Source: Octopus vulgaris (Eukaryota). Taken from it: a stretch of DNA of 64,000 bases. Within the stretch, counting starts at the first letter, position 1. Every line of letters starts with the position of its first letter. Under the pieces are notes generated by a model. The model saw nothing but the letters and a program-made list of their open reading frames with translations. It did no database searches and had not been told where the DNA came from. Shown here in pieces: positions 13,941 through 26,680 of the stretch. The DNA is taken from positions 72,354,001 through 72,418,000 of the forward strand of contig OX597827.1 in NCBI GenBank assembly GCA_951406725.2, written 5' to 3'. Position numbers and translations under genes: made by a program.

Positions 13941-14827
13941 TTAAATAAGTAGAAAAAATTGTACAATTGTTAGTGTCTCACTCAATAACATTTACAATCT
14001 CTGTCAAAAAGCACCATAAAATAGTCATTTCCCTTTGCATCCAATGTGAACATAAAATTCATTTGGTGAGGACTAATTTTCTATGGCTGGATGCTCTCTC
14101 TGACACTAACCTTCACCTGTCTGCCAAATGAGCTAATATTTCCCCACGACTAGATGCTTTTTTTTTCTCTCAGACTACTGGAAACGAAGGACACCACTTG
14201 CATGATGTGATGCTCATTCACAACCCCCCACTATTACTGGTTGGTATTACCAGTGCACTGCAACAAACTCCACTCCTTCCGGATCTTTCTGCTTGGTTCT
14301 GATTTTGTTTGGCAAACATTCTGTGTGAGATGTGGCCAACCATTGAGAGTGTGGCTGGGATTGGCATGATTACCATCCACACACACATGCATGTACACAC
14401 ACACACACGCATGCACGTACACCAGCTGCCTTCTGCAAACTTAATAACAGCAGTTATTTCACTAAGATTTTCATTAATTTCAAAATTAATTTAAACTCAG
14501 GGCAGCATATTTCAATAGAAATATAGCAGTGACAAGAGGGTTTTTAAAAATTGGGGTAACATAGGACAAGTTAAAGAGGGTACTGAAAGGAAAATTTGTA
14601 AAAGGGTACATTTTGTGGGTGAAACAGAAAACATTGGTTTCAAATTTTGATACAAGGCCAGCAATTTTATTGACCCTGAAAGGATGAAAGGTAAAGCTGA
14701 CCTCGGTGGAAGTTGAACTCAGAACATATAGACAGACAAAATACTACTAAACATTTTGCTATGTCAGCCACCTTCTACAAGTTTAATACCAAGACTCTGG
14801 AGTCGGGGTCGGAAACAAGAGGTAGCT

Positions 14828-15025
14828 GGAGTCAGAGTCAGTAAAATAGACACAATCATTTAATTACATAGAGGAGTCAGAGTCAGTAAAATAGACACAA
14901 TCACTCAATTACATAGAGGAGTCGGAGTCAGTAAAATAGACCACAATCACTTAATTACATAGAGGAGTCGGAGTCAGTAAAATAGACCACAATCACTTAA
15001 TTACATAGAGGAGTCAGAGTCAGAG
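14828..15025. repeat. 46-47-bp tandem repeat, 4 copies
   Basis: ggagtcagagtcagtaaaatagac(c)acaatcacttaattacataga unit. Confidence 0.9.
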
Positions 15026-15933
15026 GTGCCAATAGTCGAGGAGTCAGAGTCAAAGTTTTTTGTTTTGACTCCATAGCTCTACTTATTAACAACAGTTATT
15101 TCACTAAGTTTTTCATTAATTTCAAAATTAATTTAAATTCAGGGCAGCATATTTCGGTAGAAATATAGCAGTGACAAAAGGGTCTTAAAATATTGGGGCA
15201 GCATAGGAAAAGTTAAAGAGGGTATTGAAAGGAAAATTTGTAAAAGGGTACATTTTGTGGGTGAAACAGAAAATAGAGGAATCATGATAATGAATAAAAG
15301 AAAAGAATAGAAGATGTTTGGGGGGGGGGGACTGGGGGGGGCATGGAGAAGAGATAGATGCAAGAGAATTGTCAGATTAGGTGTGCTGTCTGACTGGAAG
15401 CATGTACCATGTAAGATACCTCCTCCCCCCTCATCCACCCCTCCGTTGCCTCCTGCTGAAGCATTGGCCTGGTGCCTAAACAAAAGAAATCATTATTAAT
15501 GGCTGTGTATCTAGCAGACTTTGGTATGTGGCATCATCTTGGCAAACCGATTCTTCTCTGACCCAGTTTTGGCGCTTGGGTTAAATCTGTTTCACTTATG
15601 TGCACGTAAGGAGGTAGCGAATGCTTTTAAGAAAAGGCACGAACATCACAGCTTTTGGTTTTTTTATCTTGTCTTGGTTGTTGGATTGTGGCCATGCTGG
15701 GGCACTGCCTCAAAAGTTTTTTTTTTTGTCAAACAAATCAACCCCAGTGATTACTCTTTTACTCTTTTACTTGTTTCAGTCATTTGACTGCGGCCATGCT
15801 GGAGCACCGCCTTTAGTTGAGCAAATCGACCCCGGGACTTATTCTTTGTAAGCCCAGTACTTATTCTATCGGTCTCTTTTGCCGAACCGCTAAGTGAACA
15901 CACCAGCATCGGTTGTCAAGCAATGCTAGGGAG

Positions 15934-15964
<31 letters not shown>

Positions 15965-16292
15965 CGACAGGCTTCTTTCAGTTTCCGTCTACCAAATCTA
16001 CTCACAAGGCATTGGTCGGCCTGGGGCTATAGCAAAAGACACTTGCCCAAGATGCCACGTGGTGGGACTGAACCCGGAACCATGTGGTTGGTTAGCAAGC
16101 TACTTACCACACAGCCACTCCTGCGCCTACTTGCTTTTTTTTTTTGAATAAGTGCTTATTCTATCGGTCTCTTTTGCTAAACTGCTAAGTTACAAGGATG
16201 TAAACAAACCAACAGTGGTTGTCAAATAGCGGGGAGACACTATTACTATTTTTAACTATCACAACAAGAGATATTCAGCAACAGTACTTTGG

Positions 16293-16444
16293 AGTAAAGA
16301 TTGTTTGCCAACATAACATGGCAGTCCTGGTTTAGGACAAATGTGTCGTGTAGCCAACTGGAGATGATGTCTCCTTGGGCTAAATTACAGCAATATTCGT
16401 CCTAAACCAGGACTGCCATGTTATGTTGGCAAACAATCTTTACT
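16293..16444. mobile_element. Foldback/MITE-like element with perfect 46-bp inverted arms
   Basis: 16293-16338 is the exact reverse complement of 16399-16444. Confidence 0.75.
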
Positions 16445-17494
16445 AGTTTTATTGGTTTATATTTACACCCCCTTAATTGTGCCTTTTGTTTACTGTATTT
16501 CCTCTTACTTGGGGGTAATTATCCTGGGGACAAGTTAGCCAGGGGCAGTTGAGTTTAAAAACTACATATGTTAGTTTCTAGTTGAGTAATATTGGTAGAT
16601 GGCCCTGTGTTTAACCCTTTAGCATTTCAGATTATTCTGTCAGTCATATGTAATGCTTATTTACCCACATTGTTTTGAAGTAATCATGCATTATCTTGTA
16701 GCTTTGAGATTTTAATGACGTGATTGTTTATTTTGAGAATGACATTGCAGGGTATGTGTGAGAGGCTGGATTTGGCCAGTTTCAACATGAAACAAGTAGA
16801 ATCTTTGGGCTGGTTGTGACTGGTTTAAGAAGTTTGCTTTCCTGCACGTTTTAATTAAAGTTTGAGATTTTCCATTAAAATGTGATCATTTTAGGCCGGC
16901 TGAAAGAATTCTGAATCTTTGATGTTAACATAACTTGTTATAACTAATCTCTTCTTGTGAGGCTGAATGAGAAAGCTATGATCCATAGATCCGACTGTCA
17001 TCTTAATCAGACTAAAACATAAGTAGAAAGTGTTTTTGTATTAAACTTTAGAATTCTAAATCTAGTTAACCCTTTTGTTACTGTATTTATTTTGAGATGC
17101 TCTGTGTTTCTTCCAATAATTTAAATATAACAAAGAATTTAGTAAAATAACTTAGTTATCATTAAGCTAGTGTTAGGAACATAAATTGTGACTAAGATTT
17201 GGTGGAAGATTTGAATTCAAAACTTATGAAAACAAGAGATTTATACTAAAGAGCCAGAGCCGGTTTCAGCCGGGTTGGTAACGAAAGGGTTACATTTCTG
17301 TAATAATATATTTTCTCTCTCTTCATCTGAACCAAAGCAGACTTTGTCTAATTATGTATTTATTAATCAATCGATTATTAAGAGTTACCTCTGATTTAGA
17401 ACAGGTTAAAAAAAAAAACTTGGCTGTTAATGTTTTTTTTTATTGTTCTTAAGTTCTGTTAAACCATTTTTTTTTCTTCTCAATTATTTATACA

Positions 17495-17518
17495 AATATA
17501 TTTTTCTTCTTTTGCAGG
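17495..17518 (+). other. Strong splice acceptor, possibly opening the exon that carries the 513-aa ORF
   Basis: tttttcttcttttgcag/G at 17501-17518; largely TE-free sequence follows up to the ORF. Confidence 0.45.
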
Positions 17519-18464
17519 TCTTTATGACTTTACCGAGGAATTTTCTTGATGTGATACCAGACTAAAAAGTGATTAATATTCTTCAAACATTTTTTTCTTA
17601 ACAAGCAACAAAAAAAAAAAGAAAGGAAGAAAGCAAAGGAAGAAAAGTCAAAACACAGACACCCCAAAGTGGTTGTAATGGATGTTGGCCGACTTTATTA
17701 TTATTATTACTAGCTGACCCTGTGCCGTCAAAAATGATGGCTAATTGTATTTTATGGATAAATAAGGTACAAAATAAGGTACATAATCTCACAGACACAC
17801 ATTCACATACTTCCCTTGTACACGCACACACATACACACATATACTCAAACAGAGCTGAAATGCTGTTTGACTTTTCTTTTCAGCATTGAATGTTAACCA
17901 TCCCATTTCCATTGCACACACACACCACCCTTTTATATACACACACATATACTCACATAGAGTTGAAACACTGATTTGTTTTTCACCCCTTCCTTCCTTA
18001 TTCATCTATCACCCCTTCCTTTCTCCATTGCTTTTACTTTCTCTCATTCCCGCTCAGTCAGGACTATTACCCTCACTACTTCTCCTTCACTGAATTACTA
18101 TTTTCTCTCCTCTCCCTTCACTTGTACCACTCTTTCTCCTATTCCGTCCTCCTCCTACTCTGTGATTTTGGACACATATATAAAAACACTATGCTCATCA
18201 TTATATTAGGAGATAATTAAGTTTCTATACTGACCAGACAAGTGTGGACCTAGCCAAATTAAGATCCCTACTTGATCTCCAACCAATCTAATTATTTACC
18301 ATTTCTTCTGTCGTAGTCTTTCAGCAGACAACACTTGCGACAACAAAAATATTTCTTACCAAAAAGAAAGAAAAAATCTCCAAAATATCCTAATTGGTTG
18401 AATAATGAAGAAGTTTTCTAATTGATATTTGACATTGTGATGAAAAATATGACATCGTTGTTAA

Positions 18465-18890
18465 AACAGTGTATCAAATGAAAGTGGACTCTTCCAATCC
18501 ATCTCACCAATATTTAAGTTCTCACTTAAATATTTGCTCTGTCTCAACAATATCTTAACCAAACTGTCTGCTCAATCGCACCAATTTTTGAATGAAATCT
18601 GCTCACTTACCAATATTTGAGTGAAGTTTCCTGCTCAATCTCACCAACATTCAAGTGGAGTTTCCTGCTCACTCTCAGCAGTATTTGAGTGGAATTTCTT
18701 GCTCAGTCTCACAGATATTCGATTGGAGTTTCCAGCTTATTCTTACCAATATAATAGTGGAATCATCTACTTTGTCTCCACAGCTCCATTTCCTCACAGA
18801 TATTAACTTAGTAGCTTCTGCTCCCCTTCTGTGGCACTACACAAATATTGAAGTGGAATCTTCTTCTGCACTTGTGCAACAACTTTTCTT
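18465..18890. repeat. Degenerate 34-bp minisatellite upstream of the 513-aa ORF
   Basis: ccaatatttgagtggaatttcctgctcaatctca-like units, clearest at 18610-18780. Confidence 0.7.
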
Positions 18891-18987
18891 TGTCTCCTCA
18901 GAACTGAAGCATTTTTCACCCAATTATGTATTTATTAGCCGATCAACACTAAATTAAGGTAAAACAAATAAATAAAAATAAGAGAAA

Positions 18988-20529
18988 ATGTATCGAAATT
19001 CTTTGAAGAATGAGTGTTTAGCATTTCAACTGAAACCTCCTAAACCACCGAGTTGGAGAGATTTTGTGACAAACAATCAAAGAGTTCTTCCGACGCCGAG
19101 TAATTCGGGTATGGTCAGTGGCGGAAGCGGTGTAGATGGGTTGGCTAACAGTGGCAGCTGTACTGTCGGAAGAGGAGATGTGTGTGGGAATATGGAAGAA
19201 GTGACCAATAGTACAGCTTGTGGTGGTGGTTGTGGCGGCGGTGGCAGTGGTGGTGGTAGCCTTCACAATCAGTCGGTTCATTGTCCTGGCTGCCTTCATT
19301 TGCAAAATAGTTCGCTGGTAGCTTCACCTCAGACAAAGCATCCACATCATCAAATTCGACACCACCACCATCACCACCACCACCATTCAAACCACCAGCA
19401 CCACTACCAACATCAGCACCACCACCACAACAACCAAAATTCCCACCATCCCCACCATAACCTCCACCACCATCACCACCACCACCAGCAACAATACCCT
19501 CAGTACAATGATTCCTCCCACCCGCCTGTCAGTGCTTCTTCACAGCCGTTGCAGCCTTCTGAATTTGGTCATTTCTCTTCCACAAGTCCACACTGTCCAG
19601 CAGTGGCTACAGACAGACCGAAACATATTTTGCAGTGTACAAGTGACCACTCCTACTCCAATTCGTCCTCGCCACGGCGTCTGCGAAGAGTGAGAGCGCC
19701 ACCAAGAATCCATCGTACGCGCAGTCACGTGGTGATCAACGAAAAAGACTTGCCGGACGACACGCTGATGGTGTCTCTGGCCGAGGCTAAACTTGAAGAA
19801 CTTCGACTTGGTGGTTACAGTAATGTGCAGGACGAACGTATTTATTTGGAAGAAAACTCGCGCCGCTGTTGGAACTGGCTGGACAGCATAAAGACTTGCG
19901 AACCACTGGACGAGATCGTCCCTTCGTCGCCAGCAGTGGTCACAAATGTTGTGGAAGCGTCTGCCGGTCTCGTTGACATCCAGGATGCAGGTGTGTCAGC
20001 TTCAAAACCAGATGAGGGTCAGCCAAACAATATGAAAGCTGATGAGGATATTGATGCGCTGAGCTGTAGTGCAACAAACAGTAGTTTTAGCCATGGGAAT
20101 GCGAGCGATGTCATAGCTGTGACAGACTCGGACGGTTCCAGTTTCATTGATGATGAGCATGGTCAGTTGTCGGACCGAAGCTCGAATGGCGAACATGCTG
20201 TGAGTTTCTGTGACACAGCTCGAGTGAGGAAACTTCCAGCTACCAAAAGAATTTCTTCAGGGTTAAAAAAACCACCAAGTGATAACTCAATGCTTCCAAT
20301 TGCTCCGTCCAACATGGAATCAGATGCGGACAAACCTAGTGAGGGCTGCGCTACTGTGGCAGATGTGGATCAAGAGAAACCCATGTTTGCAGCCACGGTA
20401 GAGGGCAGCGGATCTCCGTCGAATGAAAACCTTTATAAGCTTCTTAATACAGACATGACAGAATCGTCCAACACCGTCAAATTAAAGACTCTAACAGGGA
20501 AACACAAAAGTAGAAATAATAAAGTGTGA
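18988..20529 (+). CDS. Uncharacterised 513-aa protein with Gly/Cys tract, long His/Gln-rich tract, a compact ordered segment (PPRIHRTRSH...RRCWNWLDSIK) and acidic Ser-rich tail
   Basis: 1.5-kb ORF with mostly non-repetitive codons and raised GC in AT-rich surroundings; A at -3 of the ATG and an in-frame stop at 18955-18957; frame is kept through CAC and GGT triplet runs. Confidence 0.8.
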   Translation: MYRNSLKNECLAFQLKPPKPPSWRDFVTNNQRVLPTPSNSGMVSGGSGVDGLANSGSCTVGRGDVCGNMEEVTNSTACGGGCGGGGSGGGSLHNQSVHCPGCLHLQNSSLVASPQTKHPHHQIRHHHHHHHHHSNHQHHYQHQHHHHNNQNSHHPHHNLHHHHHHHQQQYPQYNDSSHPPVSASSQPLQPSEFGHFSSTSPHCPAVATDRPKHILQCTSDHSYSNSSSPRRLRRVRAPPRIHRTRSHVVINEKDLPDDTLMVSLAEAKLEELRLGGYSNVQDERIYLEENSRRCWNWLDSIKTCEPLDEIVPSSPAVVTNVVEASAGLVDIQDAGVSASKPDEGQPNNMKADEDIDALSCSATNSSFSHGNASDVIAVTDSDGSSFIDDEHGQLSDRSSNGEHAVSFCDTARVRKLPATKRISSGLKKPPSDNSMLPIAPSNMESDADKPSEGCATVADVDQEKPMFAATVEGSGSPSNENLYKLLNTDMTESSNTVKLKTLTGKHKSRNNKV

Positions 20530-20734
20530 GATGGTTTAAATAGGAAACTTTACATTGTCAGAGAAGCTGCACATTACATATCTTACATATACATACATAC
20601 ATATAATATACATACATATATACATAGATACATACATACATACACATATATATACACATATATCTATATTTATACATACATGTATTTATATATATTATAT
20701 ATATATATAATGTGTGTATGTATGTATCTATGTA

Positions 20735-20766
<32 letters not shown>

Positions 20767-22429
20767 GAGTGTGTGTGTATAAGTTAAAGTAATGTTACTT
20801 TAAATCAGTTTTAAGAATAACAACTGAGTTCATATGCACACATGTGCATGCACACAGACACAGGCACACATGCACACATACACACACACACACCACATCA
20901 AACAGAAGGTGACAAAATTGACCTAAACGTTTTGTCGAAATGTGGTGAAAATGTCTCAAAACTGATTTCTGAACTTGGAATTTTGATAAAGAATTTGATG
21001 AAAGTTTTTTTTAAAAAATAATTTTTTTTTTTAATATTCTCAAGAAAAAACAAAATGTGATTTGGAATGTTTTGGTTAAAAAATTGGTAAAAAGCATATT
21101 TTCATTTAATTGACTTGTCTTGGTTCTTTCTCAAGATTTTACAGTTTTTTTTTTTTTTTATTTTGTTGTTTTTTTTTCATATTCTTTCCTTTTTCTTCTC
21201 ATTTTCTGTCTTGCAAGTTACTTGGTAATTCCACTAATGTTGGGGGGGGGGGGTCATGCAAAAAACACTGAGTACACACTTTAAAATGGTTGGCATTATG
21301 AAGGGCGACGAGCTGGCAGAATTGTTAGCACACCGGGCGAAATGCTTTGTGGTATTTCGTCTACCGCTACGTTCTGAGTTCAAATTATGCCAAGGTCAAC
21401 TTTGCCTTTCATCCTTTCAGGGTTGATTAAATAAGTACCAGTTACGCACTGGGGTCGATGTAATTGTCTTAATCCCTTTGTCTGTCCTTGTTTGTCCCCT
21501 CTATGTTTAGATGATGATAATGATGTGTTCTTTAATGTTTGGAGTCATCTATAAGAGACTGTTTTAAGATTTTATACTGAGAGAAGAAATTTATCAGCTA
21601 GCAGTTCTGGTCATTTGGCTATTTAACCCTTTCATTACCAACCTGGCTGAAACTGCCTCTGGCTCTGTAGTACAAATGTCTTGTCTTCATAAGTTTTGAA
21701 TTAAAATCTTCCACCAGACCTTAGTCACAATTTAGGTTCCTAACACTAGCTTAATGATAACTAAGTTACTTTACTAAATTCTCTGTTATATTTAAAATTA
21801 ATTGAAAGAAACACAGAACATCTCAAAATAAATACAGAGTGAAAGAGTTAAACAAAATATAAAAATTTAGTTACAACCCTTTCAATACCTGCTGGCCTGA
21901 GATTGCATATGTTTCTATTGTACAAACTTACAGTTTTAAAGTAATTGAAATTAAAACCTTCCATTCAAATGCATGTTAATTTATGTTCCCAAACCCAAAT
22001 TAACAACAACTGAGTTTATTTTACTAAATTTGTCATTATTTTCTAAATTAATTGAAACAAAGGTAGAGTATTTTGATAGAAACATGATAAGAAAAGGATG
22101 AAAATGCTCTTAATTAAAACCTTCCATTCAAATTTCATGTTCTTGTTCCAAAACCCAATTTAAATTAATTGAAACAATAGAAATATGGTAACAAAAAGGT
22201 TAAACTATTATTTATTTTCATGATTCTCTCTGTTTCCCTTTTCTTTTTGGAGCCAGGTTAGATGCTTGGACATTAATTAGTGTACCTAAAGAATTAGATA
22301 ATTCTATTTATTGCTTTTATATTGCATTTTGTGAACAGGAACATTTTTGGTTGGAGATTTCCAAAAGAAAACCAAGACATACAAACTGTATAAACCCATA
22401 TGAATTCAAACATCTCTGCTGTTATAATT

Positions 22430-23170
22430 AGGGATCTGGTTGTAAGAGTAAGCAGAAGAATCTCCAGCTTATCTGCCAATAGAAGTAGCTCCCTACTATA
22501 ATGAGGTGATAGCTAGGAGTGGTTTTAGTGATAACTTACTTCAAATAGAGAATTTCCCTACCTTCTCTTTCTTTATTTGAAGAAAGTGAGAAAGTGAAAA
22601 GTCATCTGGTGCAGTTCCTCCCCTCCCCTATATCTTACATGTCACCATGAACTTTCTAACTTTTGTAAAGCATTACTCTCATGACAAACAATAAAAGCTC
22701 TTCAATGCACACAATGTTAATGTTAACTATTCTTGCCTAGACAATATTATCTCCTATATTACATACCACAACCAAAGGCACATATCTGTACATCCCCAAG
22801 GGGATTTTTGTCTTTGCAAAGCTATTGCTCACAGAGTGACGCTCATACCACTAGATGATATCCAGATGAATGATACAGGGCTTACAGCTAATAACTTTGA
22901 AGGATGATATAACCAACATCTGCGCCCCTTTAAGTCCAGCACTTCTCTGTCCTCTTTTGTCAGGAAGATTAGAGACCAAGGATATATCTATCCTTCTATA
23001 ACTTAGAACATTGTCAGTGGAACTTCCTCATACTCTAGCTGGTTGCATTATTATAGGTTCTGCTTATCTGAAAAACTTCATATTCTGAAACAACCTGTAA
23101 CATCCCACAGCAGGAAGTCTAAGGTTATTTTCAATTGTCGTCATAAACACACATTTCTCCTCACTCTTGC
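22430..23170 (+). mobile_element. Degenerate Penelope-like element ORF fragment (linker and GIY-YIG endonuclease)
   Basis: Broken frames read RRISSLSAN, KVIW, FNAHNVNVNYSCLDN, GLTANNF, STSLSSFV, CLSEKLHIL, CRHK, typical of the PLE C-terminus. Confidence 0.65.
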
Positions 23171-25121
23171 TTTTCTGATTGAGCACATACATATATAAGT
23201 CATTCCAGTCATGACCATCTCATCTTTTTGGGTTTATTTCACAACTTAGATTATTCAGCGTGTCAATTTCTTTTTACGATGAAGTGTGAGATTTGTATGT
23301 AATTTACCTATTATTTTTAGCACAGCCATGTGATCATTATTTTTGTTGTTTAACCCTAGGTCAATCCTGATCAAATACACCTTATGACCTAAGATAAAGA
23401 CATTCCATCTGTGACTATCACCTTTTTTTCCCTATGTAGTTGGATTCCTAGACCTCATAACCCAATATAGGTATTTTAAGATGGTAGGGCATCATTTAAA
23501 GGAAGTTTCACTGCTATTTTTTGCAGATCGAGTAACCCCTTGTTAGCTTGGCCTCCAGTAAAGGTGGTTAGGATGGTGAATATGTTGATGATGATGATGG
23601 TGATGATGATAATAATAGTGCATGGAAGCCTACATTGATGAGTGTGGGGCAGGATTGAAAGGATGATAGGGGCTTAGGTAGTGGTGGCAGTGGTAGTACA
23701 AGGAAGGCCTGATCTGTGTGGTGTTACCAGTGAAGGTCTGATGTGCTGCTGAAGGGTCTGGTTAGGGCTGGTGGTGGTGTGGTCTTGGTGATGTGAGGTG
23801 GTAATGTAATTAAGGTATGATGATGGCTACAGCTATCAAAAGGGATGAGGTTGGTGCTGGTGGTGGGGTGATGGTGGTGGTGGTGGTGGTAGTGGTGGTG
23901 GTGGTGGTGGTAGCTGTGATGAGGATAAATGGCTGTTGTTTAGCCTTGAGTAACCCTAAGTAAAGAGATCTATGATCAAAGGCATTCCAGCCATGACCAT
24001 CCTTTGTTTTTCCATGTACTGTAAACCCCAAACTACATTATTCAATGTGTCTTTACTTTTAAGCTAGGAGGGTGATCAGGCTGCTATCTCTAGCACATCA
24101 AGTGACTATATAGAAGCTCCCTTGATGGTGGCGGCGGTGGCGGCAGTGGTGGTGGTGGTGATGGTGGTGGTGGTGGCAGTGGTGGTGGTGGCGGCAGTGG
24201 TGGCAGTGGCGGCAGTGGTGGTGGTGGTGGTGGTGGTGATGGTGGTGGCGGTGGCTACTGCAGCATTCTTTCCCACTAAATGTCTTGGTGATATATTTCT
24301 TTGGGTCCTGAACCTTTCCCTCTCCCCAAAAGAATAACTGACAGGAAGTTTTTAAGCATCATCCCATCCCTGCTTCCACCACTATCATCACTACCACTGT
24401 CACCGCCTCCAGCCTCCACTATCGCCATCATCACCTAACCCCCCCCCCCCCTCTGCTGCCCCCACCCCCCACCAGTGTTTTACCTCACACCTTCCTCCCC
24501 ACCATCCACTCCTTCCCTTCTCAGTTTCCCATCTTCTCCACATTTGCCATCTTCTCTTTCCCTGCCTCTTCATCATCAACCTATCTCATCCAGTCTCTTG
24601 GTGTGTGTATGTTTGTAGTTTGTGTGTGTATGTATATATATATGGGGATGGGTAGGGTGTATGGGTGTAAAGTACATATGTGTATTCATGTGATTGTAAG
24701 AATTGTGTGTATATATATTTATATATAGATATGTATATAGATAACGTGTATGTGTGTGTGTATTATATATGTATATGTATATATGTACATATATGGGATC
24801 TTTCCTATATATGTATGTATGTATGCATATATTTTATTTATTACACTATATATATATATATATATGGATGTAGGTGTGCATGTGTCTGTATGTATGTGTG
24901 TGTATGTGTCTGTATGTATGTGTGTGTATGTGTGTATATTTCATCATCATCATCATCATCATCATCATTTAGCATCCGTTTTCCATGCTAGCATGGGTTG
25001 GACTATGTATATATATATATGTATGTATGTATATATATATGTATATATATATATATATATGTATGCATATATATGTATATGTATGCATATATATATGTAT
25101 GTATATGTATGTGTATATATA

Positions 25122-25154
<33 letters not shown>

Positions 25155-25619
25155 ATATATATATATATGATTGTATATGTGCCTGAGTGTGTGTGTGTGT
25201 GTGTTTATATGTGTATACGCATATGATTGTAATGTAGTATATGCATAAATATATAAGGGTGTATATGTATAAGGAATATGGCCTCGCATTCACCTCTACC
25301 CCTCCACCTCACACCTCGCACTCCTCCCTGTCTCCTTTCCTCTTCTCTGAAACACCTCAAGCCATCTCTTGCTATCCTCGGCCCTCCCCCTCAGTAAATT
25401 TCCACCCCCACCCCACTACAATCTAGAGGAATACTCCACCAACACTACCAACCCCACCTTTCCCCTTCTCAGCCTGTTATACCCATGCACATGGAATCCA
25501 TCACCCAGGAAGTTCGGTCAAAGATTTTGTGTGTCTGTGTGTGTATGTATACGTGTGTGTGTGTATATATGTGTATATATATATATGTGTGTGTGTATGT
25601 GTTTATGAATAAAATTGTA

Positions 25620-25668
<49 letters not shown>

Positions 25669-26090
25669 CTATGTGTGTGTGTGTAAATATATGTTTATAT
25701 AAAATTGTGTGTTTGTATATATGAGTGGCTGTGTGGTAAGTAGCTTGCTAACCAACCACATGGTTCCGGGTTCAGTCCCACTGCGTGGCATCTTGGGCAA
25801 GTGTCTTGTGCTATAGCCCCGGGCTGACCAATGCTTTTATGTATGTATGTATGTATGTATGTATGTATGTATGTACATATGTATTTGTGTGTCTGTGTTT
25901 GTTCCCTCACCATTGCTTGACAACCAGTGTTGGTGTCTTTACATCCCTGTAACTTAGTGGTTTGGCAAAAGGGACCGATAGAATAAGTACAAGGCTTGCA
26001 AAGAATAAGTCCTGGGGTTGATTTGTTTGACTAAAGGCAGTATTCAAGCATGGCCGCAGTCAAAAGACTGAAACAGGTAAAAGAATAAAA

Positions 26091-26119
<29 letters not shown>

Positions 26120-26124
<5 letters not shown>

Positions 26125-26680
26125 TGGCTGCCCCCTCATTATCGAGTATGGCCATTGCAATAAGCTTAATCAATGTTGTTATCGTGCAATGCCTGTGCAA
26201 GAAGATTTTTTTTTAAAGTGGGGAAAGGTTGTGCACTGAGTCAATCCCACTCACTAAGCAACAGCAGCCATAATCCGAAAAGAAGAACAAGTCAACATCA
26301 TCGGTAACCACTGAGCCGCAGGTTTTATGTCGGAGTTATCCCAGTTACCTGAGTTACCTTCTCCTAGAAGGATGCCCTAACAAAGGCTGGGAGTCCTTCA
26401 CTCCCAATGGTTTAACCGTGCGATCGGGTATTCAGTCCGATTATTTCTATGATCCCGCGCATGATCCAGCATTAAGACATTTATTGGATGGCTGTTGACT
26501 CTCAAGAGTTCCTCCGCTCTTTGACGGGTTTTGTCTTTCATCCCGCAGGGTGACCAATAAACACCCTCCTCACCAAGCAAGCTTGGTGGGGTTGCCGGTT
26601 TAGTCGCCGACGACCCGACCACGCAACAGGTTGTATTGGGTTACATGTTACCAGTAGCACTCAAAAGTGACCTGACACAT
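26120..26680 (-). mobile_element. GC-richer interspersed repeat, probably RTE-related 5'UTR or SINE, in a TA tract
   Basis: Abrupt compositional shift between microsatellite flanks; family assignment is by resemblance only. Confidence 0.35.

Noticed and set aside
26560-26680. Possible HDV-like ribozyme at the 5' end of the RTE-related repeat
   Set aside because: Could not assign a convincing P1/P1.1/P2/P3 nested pseudoknot by eye; needs a descriptor search.
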